From the NCBI GenBank assembly GCA_016219015.1, contig JACRCL010000031.1, positions 22,159-86,158 on the forward strand: 64,000 bases of DNA, given 5' to 3'. The notes under the pieces were generated by a model that saw only the letters and a program-made list of their open reading frames with translations, searched no databases and had not been told where the DNA came from. Both the position numbers and the translations under genes were made by a program. How positions within the stretch are numbered: the first letter of the stretch is position 1; every line of letters begins with the position of its first letter. The DNA is from Deltaproteobacteria bacterium (GTDB lineage Bacteria > Desulfobacterota > GWC2-55-46). Shown here in pieces: positions 1-9,029 of this stretch.

Positions 1-617
1 TTATGCCTACGGTCCCGAAAAGGATTATGAAGCCTATGACGAAGCTTATGAGCGGGTCAGCGGGATACCACCCGGTATAATAGATGACGGCCGCGCCCGC
101 TATCACGCCGATGGAGGCGGCCGCGTCCCCTATAACGTGGATAAAGGCGCTCTTGATGTTCAAGTCGCTCCCGGCGAACCTATGGAGCCAGAGCGCCACC
201 ACGATGTTCACCAGGAGCCCTATCACCGCCACGATTATCATGCCGATGCTCTCGACCGGCTCGGGCGAGAAGAACCTCTGGTAAGCCTTGTAGAATATGA
301 CGAAAGTTACGATGAACAGGACGAAGCTGTTGATGAACGAGACGAATACCTCGGCCCTGTGGAGGCCGTAGGTCCTTTTGTTCGTGGGAGGCATCTCCGA
401 GATGTATATGGCGAACCAGCTCAACGAGAGCGCGAGCACGTCCATGAAGACGTGCGCCGCGTCGCTCATGAGCGCGAGGCTGTTCGTCAGGTACCCGCCT
501 GCGAGCTCGGCGACAAAGATTATCGCCGTAAGGGTCACGGAAATCTTAAGCCGGCCCTTAAGCTCCCTGTCTATGTCAGCCGAATGGCTTTTCTCCTCCA
601 GCGCCCTATGGTCCATC
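1..617 (-). CDS. cation diffusion facilitator (CDF) family divalent-metal efflux transporter; the gene runs off the window start, so its C-terminus lies outside
   Basis: Absent from the ORF track. Minus-strand translation from the ATG (rc) at 615-617 gives MDHRALEEKSHSADIDRELKGRLKISVTLTAIIFVAELAGGYLTNSLALMSDAAHVFMDVLALSLSWFAIYISE..., with the CDF signature (LALxSDAxHxxxDxxA) and several TM helices. The listed plus-strand ORF 137..670 is antisense to it. Confidence 0.75.
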
Positions 618-683
618 AGCCTCTAACAAGAGTTGGCAGGCTGTCTTTCAACAGCCTGCTAAGAGTCTGAAAATGTTTATATT

Positions 684-1772
684 TCAGGGTATTACCCAGA
701 CATTCTCCCTTTTTAATGATACCCTGATACGCCTTCCGTTGGCAAGCCCTAACTTCCGGAGCACGAAGTTCGGCAGCTCTATCTTCAGGAGCGTATCTCC
801 CTTTCCAACCTTCAAAAAAAGTATCTGGGTCGAGCCCTTGCCGGTTGTATAGGCTATCTCGCCCTCGAGTATGTTGTCCTGCACCTTCGGGTCCACGGTC
901 CTGTCGGGCCGGATGACGAGTATCTCTTCGGGCCTGATACAGAAAGAGACCTCCTGCCCGGGCATGAGCCCTTCCGTCCTTATCGCCTTTACCGCGCCGA
1001 TATCCGGGCTCGATATCACGGTAGAGGGGCCGTCCGTTGAGACGACTGTCCCGTTAAAGATGTTCCTCGCGCCCATGAACCTCGCCACGTCCCTTGTCAC
1101 GGGCCTGTAGAAGACGTCCTCGCGCGTGCCGACCTGCTCGATCCTGCCGTTATTGACTACCGCGATCCTCCTGCCGAGCATGAAGGCCTCTTCGAGGTCG
1201 TGGGTTACGAGTATGGTGGTAATCGGGTACATGGCGTGGATATTGACGAGGTCGGCCCTCAACTTCTCCCTTACCTGGTAATCGAGGGCCGAGAAAGGCT
1301 CGTCGAGGAGAAGGAGCGACGGCTCCACCGCAAGGGTCCTGGCCAGGGCGCACCTCTGCTTCTGCCCGCCGGAGAGCTCATGCGGGTATCTGTTCTCAAG
1401 CCCCGCAAGCCGTGTCACGTTAATGAGCTCGCCGACCTTCTTCGTAACCGCCTCTTTTTCAAGCCCGCTTATCCCGTATGAGATGTTCCCGTACACGGTC
1501 ATGTGGGGGAAAAGGGCGTAGTCCTGGAAGAGGAAGCCGACCTTCCGCTCCCTTATCGGCACGTCTATCCCCCCGGCGGAATCAAAGACCTTCCTTGTGC
1601 CGATGGAGATGGACCCCTCGTCGGGCCTTATCATCCCGGATATCATCTTGAGTATCAGGGTCTTGCCCGCCCCGGACGGCCCGAAGAGCACGAGCATCTC
1701 GGAATCGAGCTGGAGTTTAACGTCTATCGAGAAACCGTCGAGGGCCTTTTTAAGGGACAGCTCCAGGTTCAT
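684..1772 (-). CDS. modC: molybdate/tungstate-type ABC transporter ATP-binding protein with C-terminal TOBE domain
   Basis: Walker A GPSGAGKT, signature LSGGQKQR, Walker B LLLDEP. The C-terminal ~120 aa form a TOBE-like transport-associated domain typical of ModC/CysA/WtpC. Confidence 0.8.
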   Translation of the reverse strand: MNLELSLKKALDGFSIDVKLQLDSEMLVLFGPSGAGKTLILKMISGMIRPDEGSISIGTRKVFDSAGGIDVPIRERKVGFLFQDYALFPHMTVYGNISYGISGLEKEAVTKKVGELINVTRLAGLENRYPHELSGGQKQRCALARTLAVEPSLLLLDEPFSALDYQVREKLRADLVNIHAMYPITTILVTHDLEEAFMLGRRIAVVNNGRIEQVGTREDVFYRPVTRDVARFMGARNIFNGTVVSTDGPSTVISSPDIGAVKAIRTEGLMPGQEVSFCIRPEEILVIRPDRTVDPKVQDNILEGEIAYTTGKGSTQILFLKVGKGDTLLKIELPNFVLRKLGLANGRRIRVSLKRENVWVIP

Positions 1773-2425
1773 AGCCTCCCCCTCGTGAACCTTGCGGCGG
1801 CGAAAAGGACAAGGAATGAAAAGAGCGTGATTATCCCGACGAGGATGTTCGCCGACAGGGTATCCCCGCTCTGCACCGCGTCGAATATGGCTATCGGGAG
1901 CGTCTGCGTCACGCCGGGGATATTACCCGCGACCATGAGGGTGGCGCCGAACTCGCCCGTGGCCCTCGCGAAGGCCATGACTATCCCGGCGGCTATGCCC
2001 CTCCAGGCCAGCGGCAGGGTTATGGTCTTGAATATCTGGAACTCGGTCTTGCCAAGGAGCCGCGCCGCGTCCTCGAGCTCGCGGCCGACCCCTTCAAGGG
2101 AAGCCCTCGCCGGCTTTACGAACAGCGGCAGGGACGACACCATCGACGCGATGACCGCCCCCTTCCAGGTAAAGACTATCTCTATGCCGAGCGAATCGAG
2201 GAAAGCCCCGAGCACGCTCGACCTGCCGAACAGGGAAAGCAGATAATACCCGAGCACCGTAGGCGGGATGACCAGCGGCTGCATTATGAGGACGTCGAGG
2301 ACGTTCTTTCCGAAGAAGTCCCTCTTGGCCATCGTCCACGCGAGGACGAGCCCGATCGAGGCCGTAAAGAATGTGGCGAAGAACGACACCTTTACCGTAA
2401 GGATGAGCGGGAATAGGTCGATCAC
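1769..2425 (-). CDS. modB: molybdate/tungstate ABC transporter permease
   Basis: Aligns to E. coli ModB (LKVS..., EAA-loop motif LEGVGRELEDAARLLGKTEFQIFKTITLPL). The ORF-track start at 2548 is an upstream extension. A GTG at 2423-2425 preceded by GGAGGG is the likely start. It overlaps modC by 4 nt. Confidence 0.75.
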   Translation of the reverse strand: MIDLFPLILTVKVSFFATFFTASIGLVLAWTMAKRDFFGKNVLDVLIMQPLVIPPTVLGYYLLSLFGRSSVLGAFLDSLGIEIVFTWKGAVIASMVSSLPLFVKPARASLEGVGRELEDAARLLGKTEFQIFKTITLPLAWRGIAAGIVMAFARATGEFGATLMVAGNIPGVTQTLPIAIFDAVQSGDTLSANILVGIITLFSFLVLFAAARFTRGRL

Positions 2426-2484
2426 CTGCCCTCCGGTATCCTGAAGCCGTTTTTTTTCATGATAGCCTTCGAACTTTGAAGCGC

Positions 2485-2512
2485 AAAAAAAAACCAACCC
2501 TGGAAAGGTTGG
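2485..2512 (-). terminator. intrinsic terminator-like hairpin between the histidine kinase gene and modB
   Basis: On the minus strand: CCAACCtttccagGGTTGG followed by a T9 run. Confidence 0.55.
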
Positions 2513-2638
2513 CTTGCGTGAGAATCTCCTTTCCAACAAGGGAGGCAAGGCCGTTTCCAGCGCGTGCCCTGACGGCCAAGCCCCTTAGGCGGTTCAAGCC
2601 CTTAGGGGTATTGGCTCGGAGATTGAATTAACAAGTCT

Positions 2639-4078
2639 TTAGATTAGCACGTTTCTGAGGCGCCCGTCAACCCCGGCCAGTGGAGCGTCTTTACTCGGTA
2701 TGATGAACTTGAAGGTGGCGCCCTTTTGCGCGGGCTCCACCCAGACCTTGCCGTGGTGCGCCTCCACGAAGGTCTTTACTATGCTGAGGCCCAGTCCGGC
2801 GCCGCCGGTCTTGATGCCTTCCTCGGTCTGATAGAACGCGTCGAATATCCGCTCCGCGTCAAGCGCGGAAATCCCCTTGCCGTCGTCCGCGACCGTCAGC
2901 TTGAGCCATTCGCCGCCTGACTCGACATCGACCCTCACCTCCGCCGAGGCGTACTTCATGGCGTTGCTCAAAAGGTTATAGATTATCCTCTTGAGCTTGT
3001 CCTCGTCCGCATGTATCTCCCTGTCCTCTATCGCGCCCTCGTGGTAAGGGGAGCCGTTAAGGATGAGCCTTTTGCCGGAGTGCTCGAAAGGCAGGAAGGC
3101 CTCCCTCAGCACCCTGGCGAGGCTCACCGTTGTCTTCTTGAGCGCCACCCTGCCCGACTGCGCCCGGCTGTAATCGAGTATGTCGGCGGCCATGCCGTCT
3201 ATCCTCTTCGAGGCGGAGAGAATGAGGTCGAACTTCCTCCTGTCCCTTTCCTGGAGCTCCGGGCCTATCCTGACGCGCAGGATATCGGCGTTGGCCATTA
3301 TCGTCGTAAGCGGGCCCCTTATATCATGGATAATGTGGTCGATGTAGAGCCTTCTTATCCTTTCGAGCTCCTTTTGCTTCGACATGTTGAAGGCGATCCC
3401 GAGGAAGTTCTTTATCTCGCCCCGGCCGTCCTTTATGGCGTTGATGGAAAGGAGCATGGGGACCTCGCGCCCGTCTTTGGCAAGGTTTATTATCTCGCCC
3501 TTCCAGAACCCCTTGTGCGGGTCGAGGATGTCCCTCCACATCTTCTCGTACAGCTCCTTAGTGGAGTGCTGGGACTTGAGCATCCGCGGGTTCTTTCCGA
3601 GGAGTTCCTCCCTCGTGTAGCCGTAGGTGTCGAGGAACGTCCTGTTGACGTCTATGATGTTGCCGTCCCTGTCGGTCACGGCCACGGCGTCGTTCGAGAA
3701 CCTGAATATCCTCTGGAACTCGTCCGAGAGTATCGCCGGTACTTCTTTATTGACCTCGGAGCTGAATGTGAGGATGAAGGAATAGACCTCTCCGCCGGGG
3801 CTCCTGAGCGGATAGATGGACAGGTATATATCGATGACCTCCCCGCCCTTTTTAAGCGCCTTTATCCTGCTGTTGTTTACGCCGTGGGAGGAGCGGGCGG
3901 AATCGATCAAGTACCTGTATTCATGAGCAAGACCGGGCGGGAAAAGGCGTGATACGTCCCTGCCTATGAGCTCTTCGGCCGAATAGCCGAGTATAAGCTC
4001 AAGGCCGAAGCCAAAGCGGATTATGGAGCCGCCCGTGCTGAGACTCAGGCTGCCCTCTTTTACTACGGGGTTCATCAA
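2639..4078 (-). CDS. PAS-domain sensor histidine kinase (two PAS domains, HisKA, HATPase_c)
   Basis: H-box HDIRGPLTTIMANADIL. N/G1/G2 boxes YNLLSNAMKY ... DDGKGI ... GGAGLGLSIV. Confidence 0.85.
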   Translation of the reverse strand: MMNPVVKEGSLSLSTGGSIIRFGFGLELILGYSAEELIGRDVSRLFPPGLAHEYRYLIDSARSSHGVNNSRIKALKKGGEVIDIYLSIYPLRSPGGEVYSFILTFSSEVNKEVPAILSDEFQRIFRFSNDAVAVTDRDGNIIDVNRTFLDTYGYTREELLGKNPRMLKSQHSTKELYEKMWRDILDPHKGFWKGEIINLAKDGREVPMLLSINAIKDGRGEIKNFLGIAFNMSKQKELERIRRLYIDHIIHDIRGPLTTIMANADILRVRIGPELQERDRRKFDLILSASKRIDGMAADILDYSRAQSGRVALKKTTVSLARVLREAFLPFEHSGKRLILNGSPYHEGAIEDREIHADEDKLKRIIYNLLSNAMKYASAEVRVDVESGGEWLKLTVADDGKGISALDAERIFDAFYQTEEGIKTGGAGLGLSIVKTFVEAHHGKVWVEPAQKGATFKFIIPSKDAPLAGVDGRLRNVLI

Positions 4079-4213
4079 TGCCTACTGCGAAAGATTAGTA
4101 ACTTATTTATTATTAGTCCTTCTCTATATTACCGTAAAGCTCCTTTTTAAGTCTATCCTTTTTTACTTCTTTTCAAAGGCCGGTACGGGCTTGCCTTCTT
4201 GACCTTACCTTCC

Positions 4214-5383
4214 TCACCCGGCGATCTCCTTCAGGAAAGACCTGCCGTTGCCTATCGGCCCCACCCCGAATATCCCGGCGAGCGTCTGTCCGAGGTCCGC
4301 GAAGGTCTCCCTCGTGCCGAGGCTGACCCTTTTAAGCCCCTTGCCGAAGGCCAGCAGAGGCACGTATTCGCGCGAGTGGTCTGTCGAGGGCGTCGTCGGG
4401 TCGCAGCCGTGGTCCGCGGTTATGAAGAGCACGTCATTTTCATTGAGCAGGGATACGGCCTCCGGCAACCTCCGGTCTATTACCTCAAGGGCCTTAGCGT
4501 AGCCCTTCGCGTCGTTCCTGTGCCCGTAAGAGGTGTCGAAGTCCACGAGGTTGGTGAATATCAGCCCCTCCTTGACCCTTTTAAGCGCATCGATGGTCTT
4601 GTCCATCCCGTCGCAGTCGCCCGTGGTGTGGACCTCCTCGGTGACCCCCTTGTGGACGAATATGTCGCCGATCTTGCCTATGCCGACCACTGGCAGGCCC
4701 TTAGCCTTTATCCTCTCTATGACGAGCTCTCCCGGAGGCTCCACGGGCCAGTCCTTCCGCCTGTCCGTGCGCTTGAACTCCCCCGGCCTTCCGATGAACG
4801 GGCGGGCTATGACCCTGCCGATATCGTACCCGTCGAGGAACCCCCTCGCTATCCTGCAGACCCTGTAAAGCTCCTCCACGGGCACGACCTCCTCGTGCGC
4901 CGCTATCTGGAAGACGCTGTCGGCCGAGGTGTAGACGATGAGCCTGCCGGTCTTCATGTGCTCGGCGCCGAACTCATCGAGGACCCCTATGCCCGAGGCG
5001 GGCATGCCCCCTAAGTACCCGTACCCGGTCTCCTTTTCAAACCTGTCCATCATCTTTTTCGGCAATCCGTTGGGAAAAGTGGCAAAGGGCTTTTTCAGAA
5101 TTATCCCGGCCATCTCCCAATGTCCCGTGGCCGTGTCTTTTCCGGGCGAGGCCTCTTTCATCCTGCCCCACGAGGCAAGGGGGGCCGCGGCCTTTTTTAC
5201 GGCGGTGACCCCTTCTATGAGCCCGAGGCCGAAGGACGAGAGGTTGGGCAGGTCTATCCCTCCTGCGGCGCGGATCATGTTATCGAGGGTGTCGCTCCCT
5301 TCGTCCTTATAGTCCCCCGCGTCGGGAAGCTCCCCGATACCCATGCCGTCGAAGACTATTATTACCGCCCTTTTCAATCCCAT
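4214..5383 (-). CDS. deoB: phosphopentomutase
   Basis: Full-length match to the DeoB / alkaline-phosphatase-like metalloenzyme family (VIIVFDGMGIGELPDAG..., ITADHGCDPT). Confidence 0.85.
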   Translation of the reverse strand: MGLKRAVIIVFDGMGIGELPDAGDYKDEGSDTLDNMIRAAGGIDLPNLSSFGLGLIEGVTAVKKAAAPLASWGRMKEASPGKDTATGHWEMAGIILKKPFATFPNGLPKKMMDRFEKETGYGYLGGMPASGIGVLDEFGAEHMKTGRLIVYTSADSVFQIAAHEEVVPVEELYRVCRIARGFLDGYDIGRVIARPFIGRPGEFKRTDRRKDWPVEPPGELVIERIKAKGLPVVGIGKIGDIFVHKGVTEEVHTTGDCDGMDKTIDALKRVKEGLIFTNLVDFDTSYGHRNDAKGYAKALEVIDRRLPEAVSLLNENDVLFITADHGCDPTTPSTDHSREYVPLLAFGKGLKRVSLGTRETFADLGQTLAGIFGVGPIGNGRSFLKEIAG

Positions 5384-5405
5384 CTGAAAGCGCCTCCGTG
5401 GGCGT

Positions 5406-6182
5406 CTATATGTTATAGCCCCTCGGCGTAATCATTTTGCCGTTGTCCGTGAACGTCGAGGAGTTGCCCACTATTATGATGCTGAGCATGTCGGTCTTAT
5501 GGGATAGCTCACCCAAATCCCCGAGGGTCGTAACAATCGCCTCCTCGCCTTCCCTTGTGGCGTTCCTGACAAACCCGGCGGGCGTCTTATCATTCCTGTG
5601 CCGCCTGATTATCTCTATCGCCTTTTTAAGCCCCTCTGCCCTCTTCGAGCTTTTGGGGTTATAGAGGACTATGACGAAGTCGGCCTTTGCGGCGGCCTCG
5701 ACCCGCTCTTCTATCTTCGCCCATTCCGTAAGGAGGTCCGATAAGGATATTGACGCGAAGTCGTGCATTAGCGGCGCTCCCAATAGCGCGGACGCGGCCA
5801 CGAACGCCGGGACTCCGGGTATCACGCTTACCTCAACCCGCCTGCCCTTTAACAGCTCAAGTATCAGCCCGGCCATGCCGTATATACCCGAGTCCCCGGA
5901 AGATACTACGGCTATGGTCCTGCCCGACAGGGCGGCCTCTATCGCCCATCTGCACCGCTCCGTCTCTTCGGTCATGCCGTTGGAGAAGATTTCCTTGCCC
6001 TCAAGCAAGGGCGCGACAAGGCCGATGTACCTCTTGTACCCCACGACGCAGTCGGCCTCCTGAAGCGCCTCTTTCGCCCTTGCTGTCAGGTGCTTTAACC
6101 CGCCGGGGCCTATGCCTACGACGTATATCCTGCCCTTGCCAGCGCTATCGTTATCTTCCCGAGCCTTTTTTTCCTTCTCCAT
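5406..6182 (-). CDS. cbiH: cobalt-precorrin-3 (cobalt-factor III) C17-methyltransferase
   Basis: Near-colinear with Salmonella CbiH (VVGYKRY, ISSGDSGIYGMAGLILEL, LLGAPLMHDFASISLSDLLT, VGNSSTF..GKMITPRGY). Its annotated start overlaps cbiG by 66 nt. Confidence 0.85.
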   Translation of the reverse strand: MEKEKKAREDNDSAGKGRIYVVGIGPGGLKHLTARAKEALQEADCVVGYKRYIGLVAPLLEGKEIFSNGMTEETERCRWAIEAALSGRTIAVVSSGDSGIYGMAGLILELLKGRRVEVSVIPGVPAFVAASALLGAPLMHDFASISLSDLLTEWAKIEERVEAAAKADFVIVLYNPKSSKRAEGLKKAIEIIRRHRNDKTPAGFVRNATREGEEAIVTTLGDLGELSHKTDMLSIIIVGNSSTFTDNGKMITPRGYNI

Positions 6183-7183
6183 AGCCTCTTTCCGCCTGAT
6201 GAAAGGAGCGCCGCGTTCTCACAGACCCCGGCCGCCCCGGTATTTTCCTTTACGAACCTTGATACGCCAGAGGGCGGCTTAATCTTATTCAGCTCGCCCG
6301 CCGAATAGAAGTCTATCGGAAGCCCCGCCTTCTTCGCGTAATCCAATAGCCCCTTCTCATGCCTCTTGATATCTATGGTGGCGAGGTTCCTTATCGAAAG
6401 CAACGACACCCCGGCCCCCTCCATCATTTTTCTTATCCCGGCCTCTATCTCCTTTTCGCCGACGCCTTTTTTGCACCCTATCCCGACGACGAACTCGCGG
6501 GGCCTCAATACAAGCGCCCTCCGCCTGTCCGCCGGCCTCAATAATTTGTCCGATATTATCGCAACCGCCTTGCGGGTGTCCTTGGGAAAGGAGGCCCTCA
6601 AGATGTAATGCCTTCCGTACGCGGCCTTTATGCGCCAGCGTCTTCCAAGGTACCTGTCAACGATAACGGCCTTATTGCCTTTAAGTATCTCCGAGTTTAT
6701 CCTTTTTATCGCTTCGGGGTTCTCTATCTTGAGCGCGAATTTCTCGCAGACATCCTCTATCGAAGGGAGATTCGAGATGTCGGTTGCCGTAGTGATAACT
6801 GGCGTGGCGTTAAAGAACGACGCAAGCTCTTTCGTGAGCCTGTTCGCCCCGCCCATATGGCCGGAGAGAAGGCTTACGGCAAACCTCCCCTTTTCATCCA
6901 TCAATACGATTGCCGGGTCAAGGTGCTTACCCTTGAGTAGCGGCGCTATCGCCCTTACGGCTATGCCCGAGGCGGATATGAAAAGCAGCGCCCTGGAGCC
7001 CTTGAACGCCGCCTTTACCTCGTGCTTAAGCCTTCCGTCCTTAAGGGCCGCTGGCCGGTGTATGACGACATCCCGGTACTTCTTTTCGAGCCTTCTGGCT
7101 AAAGCAAGACCCCTGTCCGTTATCGGGAATACGGTCAAAGGCGCGACGGGTGTGAACCTTTCAGCCATCTCAGGATTTTTCAA
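6116..7183 (-). CDS. cbiG: cobalt-precorrin-5A hydrolase
   Basis: CbiG N-, mid- and C-domain architecture. It sits between cbiF-side genes and cbiH, as in anaerobic cbi operons. Confidence 0.8.
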   Translation of the reverse strand: MKNPEMAERFTPVAPLTVFPITDRGLALARRLEKKYRDVVIHRPAALKDGRLKHEVKAAFKGSRALLFISASGIAVRAIAPLLKGKHLDPAIVLMDEKGRFAVSLLSGHMGGANRLTKELASFFNATPVITTATDISNLPSIEDVCEKFALKIENPEAIKRINSEILKGNKAVIVDRYLGRRWRIKAAYGRHYILRASFPKDTRKAVAIISDKLLRPADRRRALVLRPREFVVGIGCKKGVGEKEIEAGIRKMMEGAGVSLLSIRNLATIDIKRHEKGLLDYAKKAGLPIDFYSAGELNKIKPPSGVSRFVKENTGAAGVCENAALLSSGGKRLWRRKKRLGKITIALARAGYTS

Positions 7184-7886
7184 GCATGGTCACGACCCCT
7201 TCGAGCCTGCTGACCATCAGGTTAAAGAGGCGCTCGCCCTTCTCCACGCTCGCCTTGCCGGGGTCGCCCCAGACAGCGCCCTTCCAGTATTTCACCTTAT
7301 CCTTTACCACCATCGGCCTGGGGAATTCGGGGTATTCCTCCTTTGCCCTGCCATTGACTAACCTCGGGGCGAGGTACAATACCAAAGACGTCTCCATCTC
7401 CCCGGCGTGGGAGTCGTTCTTTGTCTCCGCTATCTCTTCGAGCTCCTTGCCGAGCACCTCGTATATCGAGAACGCCGCTATCTTAAGCCCCGGCAGCTCG
7501 CCGACCAGGTCCTCTGCCGCCTCCTTGAGCGCCGCCATGTGCAGGCCCCCGCCGTGGCCCGATACGAGGACGAAGTTCCTCAGGTCCTGCCTGAAGCCAT
7601 CCCTCACGATATCCTTAGCTATGTGCCTCAATGTCCCGGCCCTTATGCCTATGGTGCCGGGGTGCTGCGCGGTAGACGTGCATACGCCGTACTGCAGAGG
7701 CGGGGCCATGAATACCCTGTCGTTCCTTTCGGCCGTTTTTTTCACGACCTCCCTTATTATGAGGGTGTCGGTATTAAGAGGCAGGTGCGAGCCGTGCGCC
7801 TCTATTGTGCCGAAGGGGACAATCAGCGTCCGCGCCTTCCTTACGGACTTTTTGAACCCGTCCATCGTCTTCTCACCGAGTATCAT
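7170..7886 (-). CDS. creatininase (creatinine amidohydrolase) family protein
   Basis: Creatininase-fold metal-ligand pattern (FGTIEAHGSHLPLNTD, SGHGGG, HAGEMETS). Embedded in the cbi operon. Confidence 0.65.
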   Translation of the reverse strand: MILGEKTMDGFKKSVRKARTLIVPFGTIEAHGSHLPLNTDTLIIREVVKKTAERNDRVFMAPPLQYGVCTSTAQHPGTIGIRAGTLRHIAKDIVRDGFRQDLRNFVLVSGHGGGLHMAALKEAAEDLVGELPGLKIAAFSIYEVLGKELEEIAETKNDSHAGEMETSLVLYLAPRLVNGRAKEEYPEFPRPMVVKDKVKYWKGAVWGDPGKASVEKGERLFNLMVSRLEGVVTMLEKS

Positions 7887-8260
7887 CGAAGCGCCTCCTT
7901 TTTAATGAACCGGCTGAAAACAAACGCGCCGAAGAGCCCCCCGGCCCCGTTCGCTATCATGTCGAGGACCTCGGCGCTACGCTCAGGGATGAAGCTCTGC
8001 CAGACCTCCATCAAAAACCCGAAGATGAAGCTGAACGCAAAAGCGGAGATGACGATAACGCGCCTTTTGTCCGCGCCGCTGCCGAAGGCCGAGGCGATAG
8101 CCCTGCCCGAGAGCGCCCCCATCACCGCGTACGCGAGGAAATGGAAGACCTTATCGAGCCCGACGATATCCGCTTGCGGGGGCTCCGGGTCTATCGAGAG
8201 GTAGATTATTACGGCCGAATAGACGACGAGCGGCAGCCAGTATATGAACGCCTTTTTCAT
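7883..8260 (-). CDS. VanZ-like family membrane protein
   Basis: 125 aa, 4 TM, VanZ motifs (DKvfHFlaY, FiPeRsaevlDmiaNgaG). Confidence 0.55.
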   Translation of the reverse strand: MKKAFIYWLPLVVYSAVIIYLSIDPEPPQADIVGLDKVFHFLAYAVMGALSGRAIASAFGSGADKRRVIVISAFAFSFIFGFLMEVWQSFIPERSAEVLDMIANGAGGLFGAFVFSRFIKKEALR

Positions 8261-9024
8261 TTCCTGAACCCGTGTTTGAAGCCCTTGTCGTAAAGGAGCG
8301 ACGCCGCGTGTGTGTCCCCTATCGCCTCACCGGCCATTATGAGGGCGTGGTTAGTTATCCCGGCCTTCTTTGCCTTGGCCGCTATATCCTTGAGGGTGCC
8401 GGTTATCTTTTTCTCGTCTTCCCATGTCGCCCTGTAGACTATGGCCGCGGGGGTCTCGGGCGGGTAGCCCTTTAGAAGCTCTTCTATGACCTTGTCTATC
8501 ATCCCGGCGCTCAAGAAGACGCAGATGCTCGCCCTGTGGCTTGACAGCGAAGACAGGCCCTCGGAGGCGGGCACCGGGGTCCTGCCCTCGAGCCTCGTGA
8601 ATATGACCGTCTGGGTTACTCCCGGCTTGGTGAATTCCTTCTTTAGTGCCGCAATTGCCGCGAACGCGGAGGATACGCCGGGGACTATCTCGTAATCGAC
8701 GCCTTCCCTGTCGAGCGTGTCGGCCTGCTCGCGCATGGCGCTGTAGAGGGACGGGTCGCCGGTATGAAGCCGGGCGACGTGCTTCCCGGCTTTGGCCGCC
8801 TTTACCATCATATCGGTTATCTCCTCAAGGTGCATCGAGGCGCTGTTATGCGCCTCCACGCCTTTGCGGCAGTATTTGAGAATATTGTCCTTTACCAGCG
8901 ACCCCGTATAGATGACTATATCGGCCTTCTTAAGGAGCCGGGAGCCTTTTACCGTAATAAGCTCCGGGTCGCCGGGGCCCGCGCCGATGAAGTGTATTAG
9001 GGTTTTTTTTGGGGTTCTGGCCAT
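8257..9024 (-). CDS. cbiF: cobalt-precorrin-4 C11-methyltransferase
   Basis: Tetrapyrrole methylase family, GAGPGDPELIT. Strong CbiF/CobM-type similarity. Confidence 0.85.
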   Translation of the reverse strand: MARTPKKTLIHFIGAGPGDPELITVKGSRLLKKADIVIYTGSLVKDNILKYCRKGVEAHNSASMHLEEITDMMVKAAKAGKHVARLHTGDPSLYSAMREQADTLDREGVDYEIVPGVSSAFAAIAALKKEFTKPGVTQTVIFTRLEGRTPVPASEGLSSLSSHRASICVFLSAGMIDKVIEELLKGYPPETPAAIVYRATWEDEKKITGTLKDIAAKAKKAGITNHALIMAGEAIGDTHAASLLYDKGFKHGFRK

Positions 9025-9029
9025 CTTCC

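Noticed and set aside
137-670. 177-aa plus-strand ORF rich in His/Glu/Arg
   Set aside because: It is antisense to a clearly recognisable minus-strand CDF transporter gene (1-617). The composition is typical of a reverse-strand artefact in high-GC DNA.
618-683. 8-bp stem hairpin GCAGGCTGtctttcaaCAGCCTGC between the CDF gene and modC
   Set aside because: No U-run follows on either strand, so it cannot be called a terminator. It may be a weak structure in the modC 3'UTR or the CDF promoter region.
3011-3952. 313-aa plus-strand ORF
   Set aside because: It is antisense to the PAS histidine kinase and has no motifs. The same logic applies to 4199..5014, 7407..8204, 10295..11128, 11186..12457, 14095..14946, 27583..28401, 37719..38378, 52265..53305, 55551..56363 and 63125..63955.
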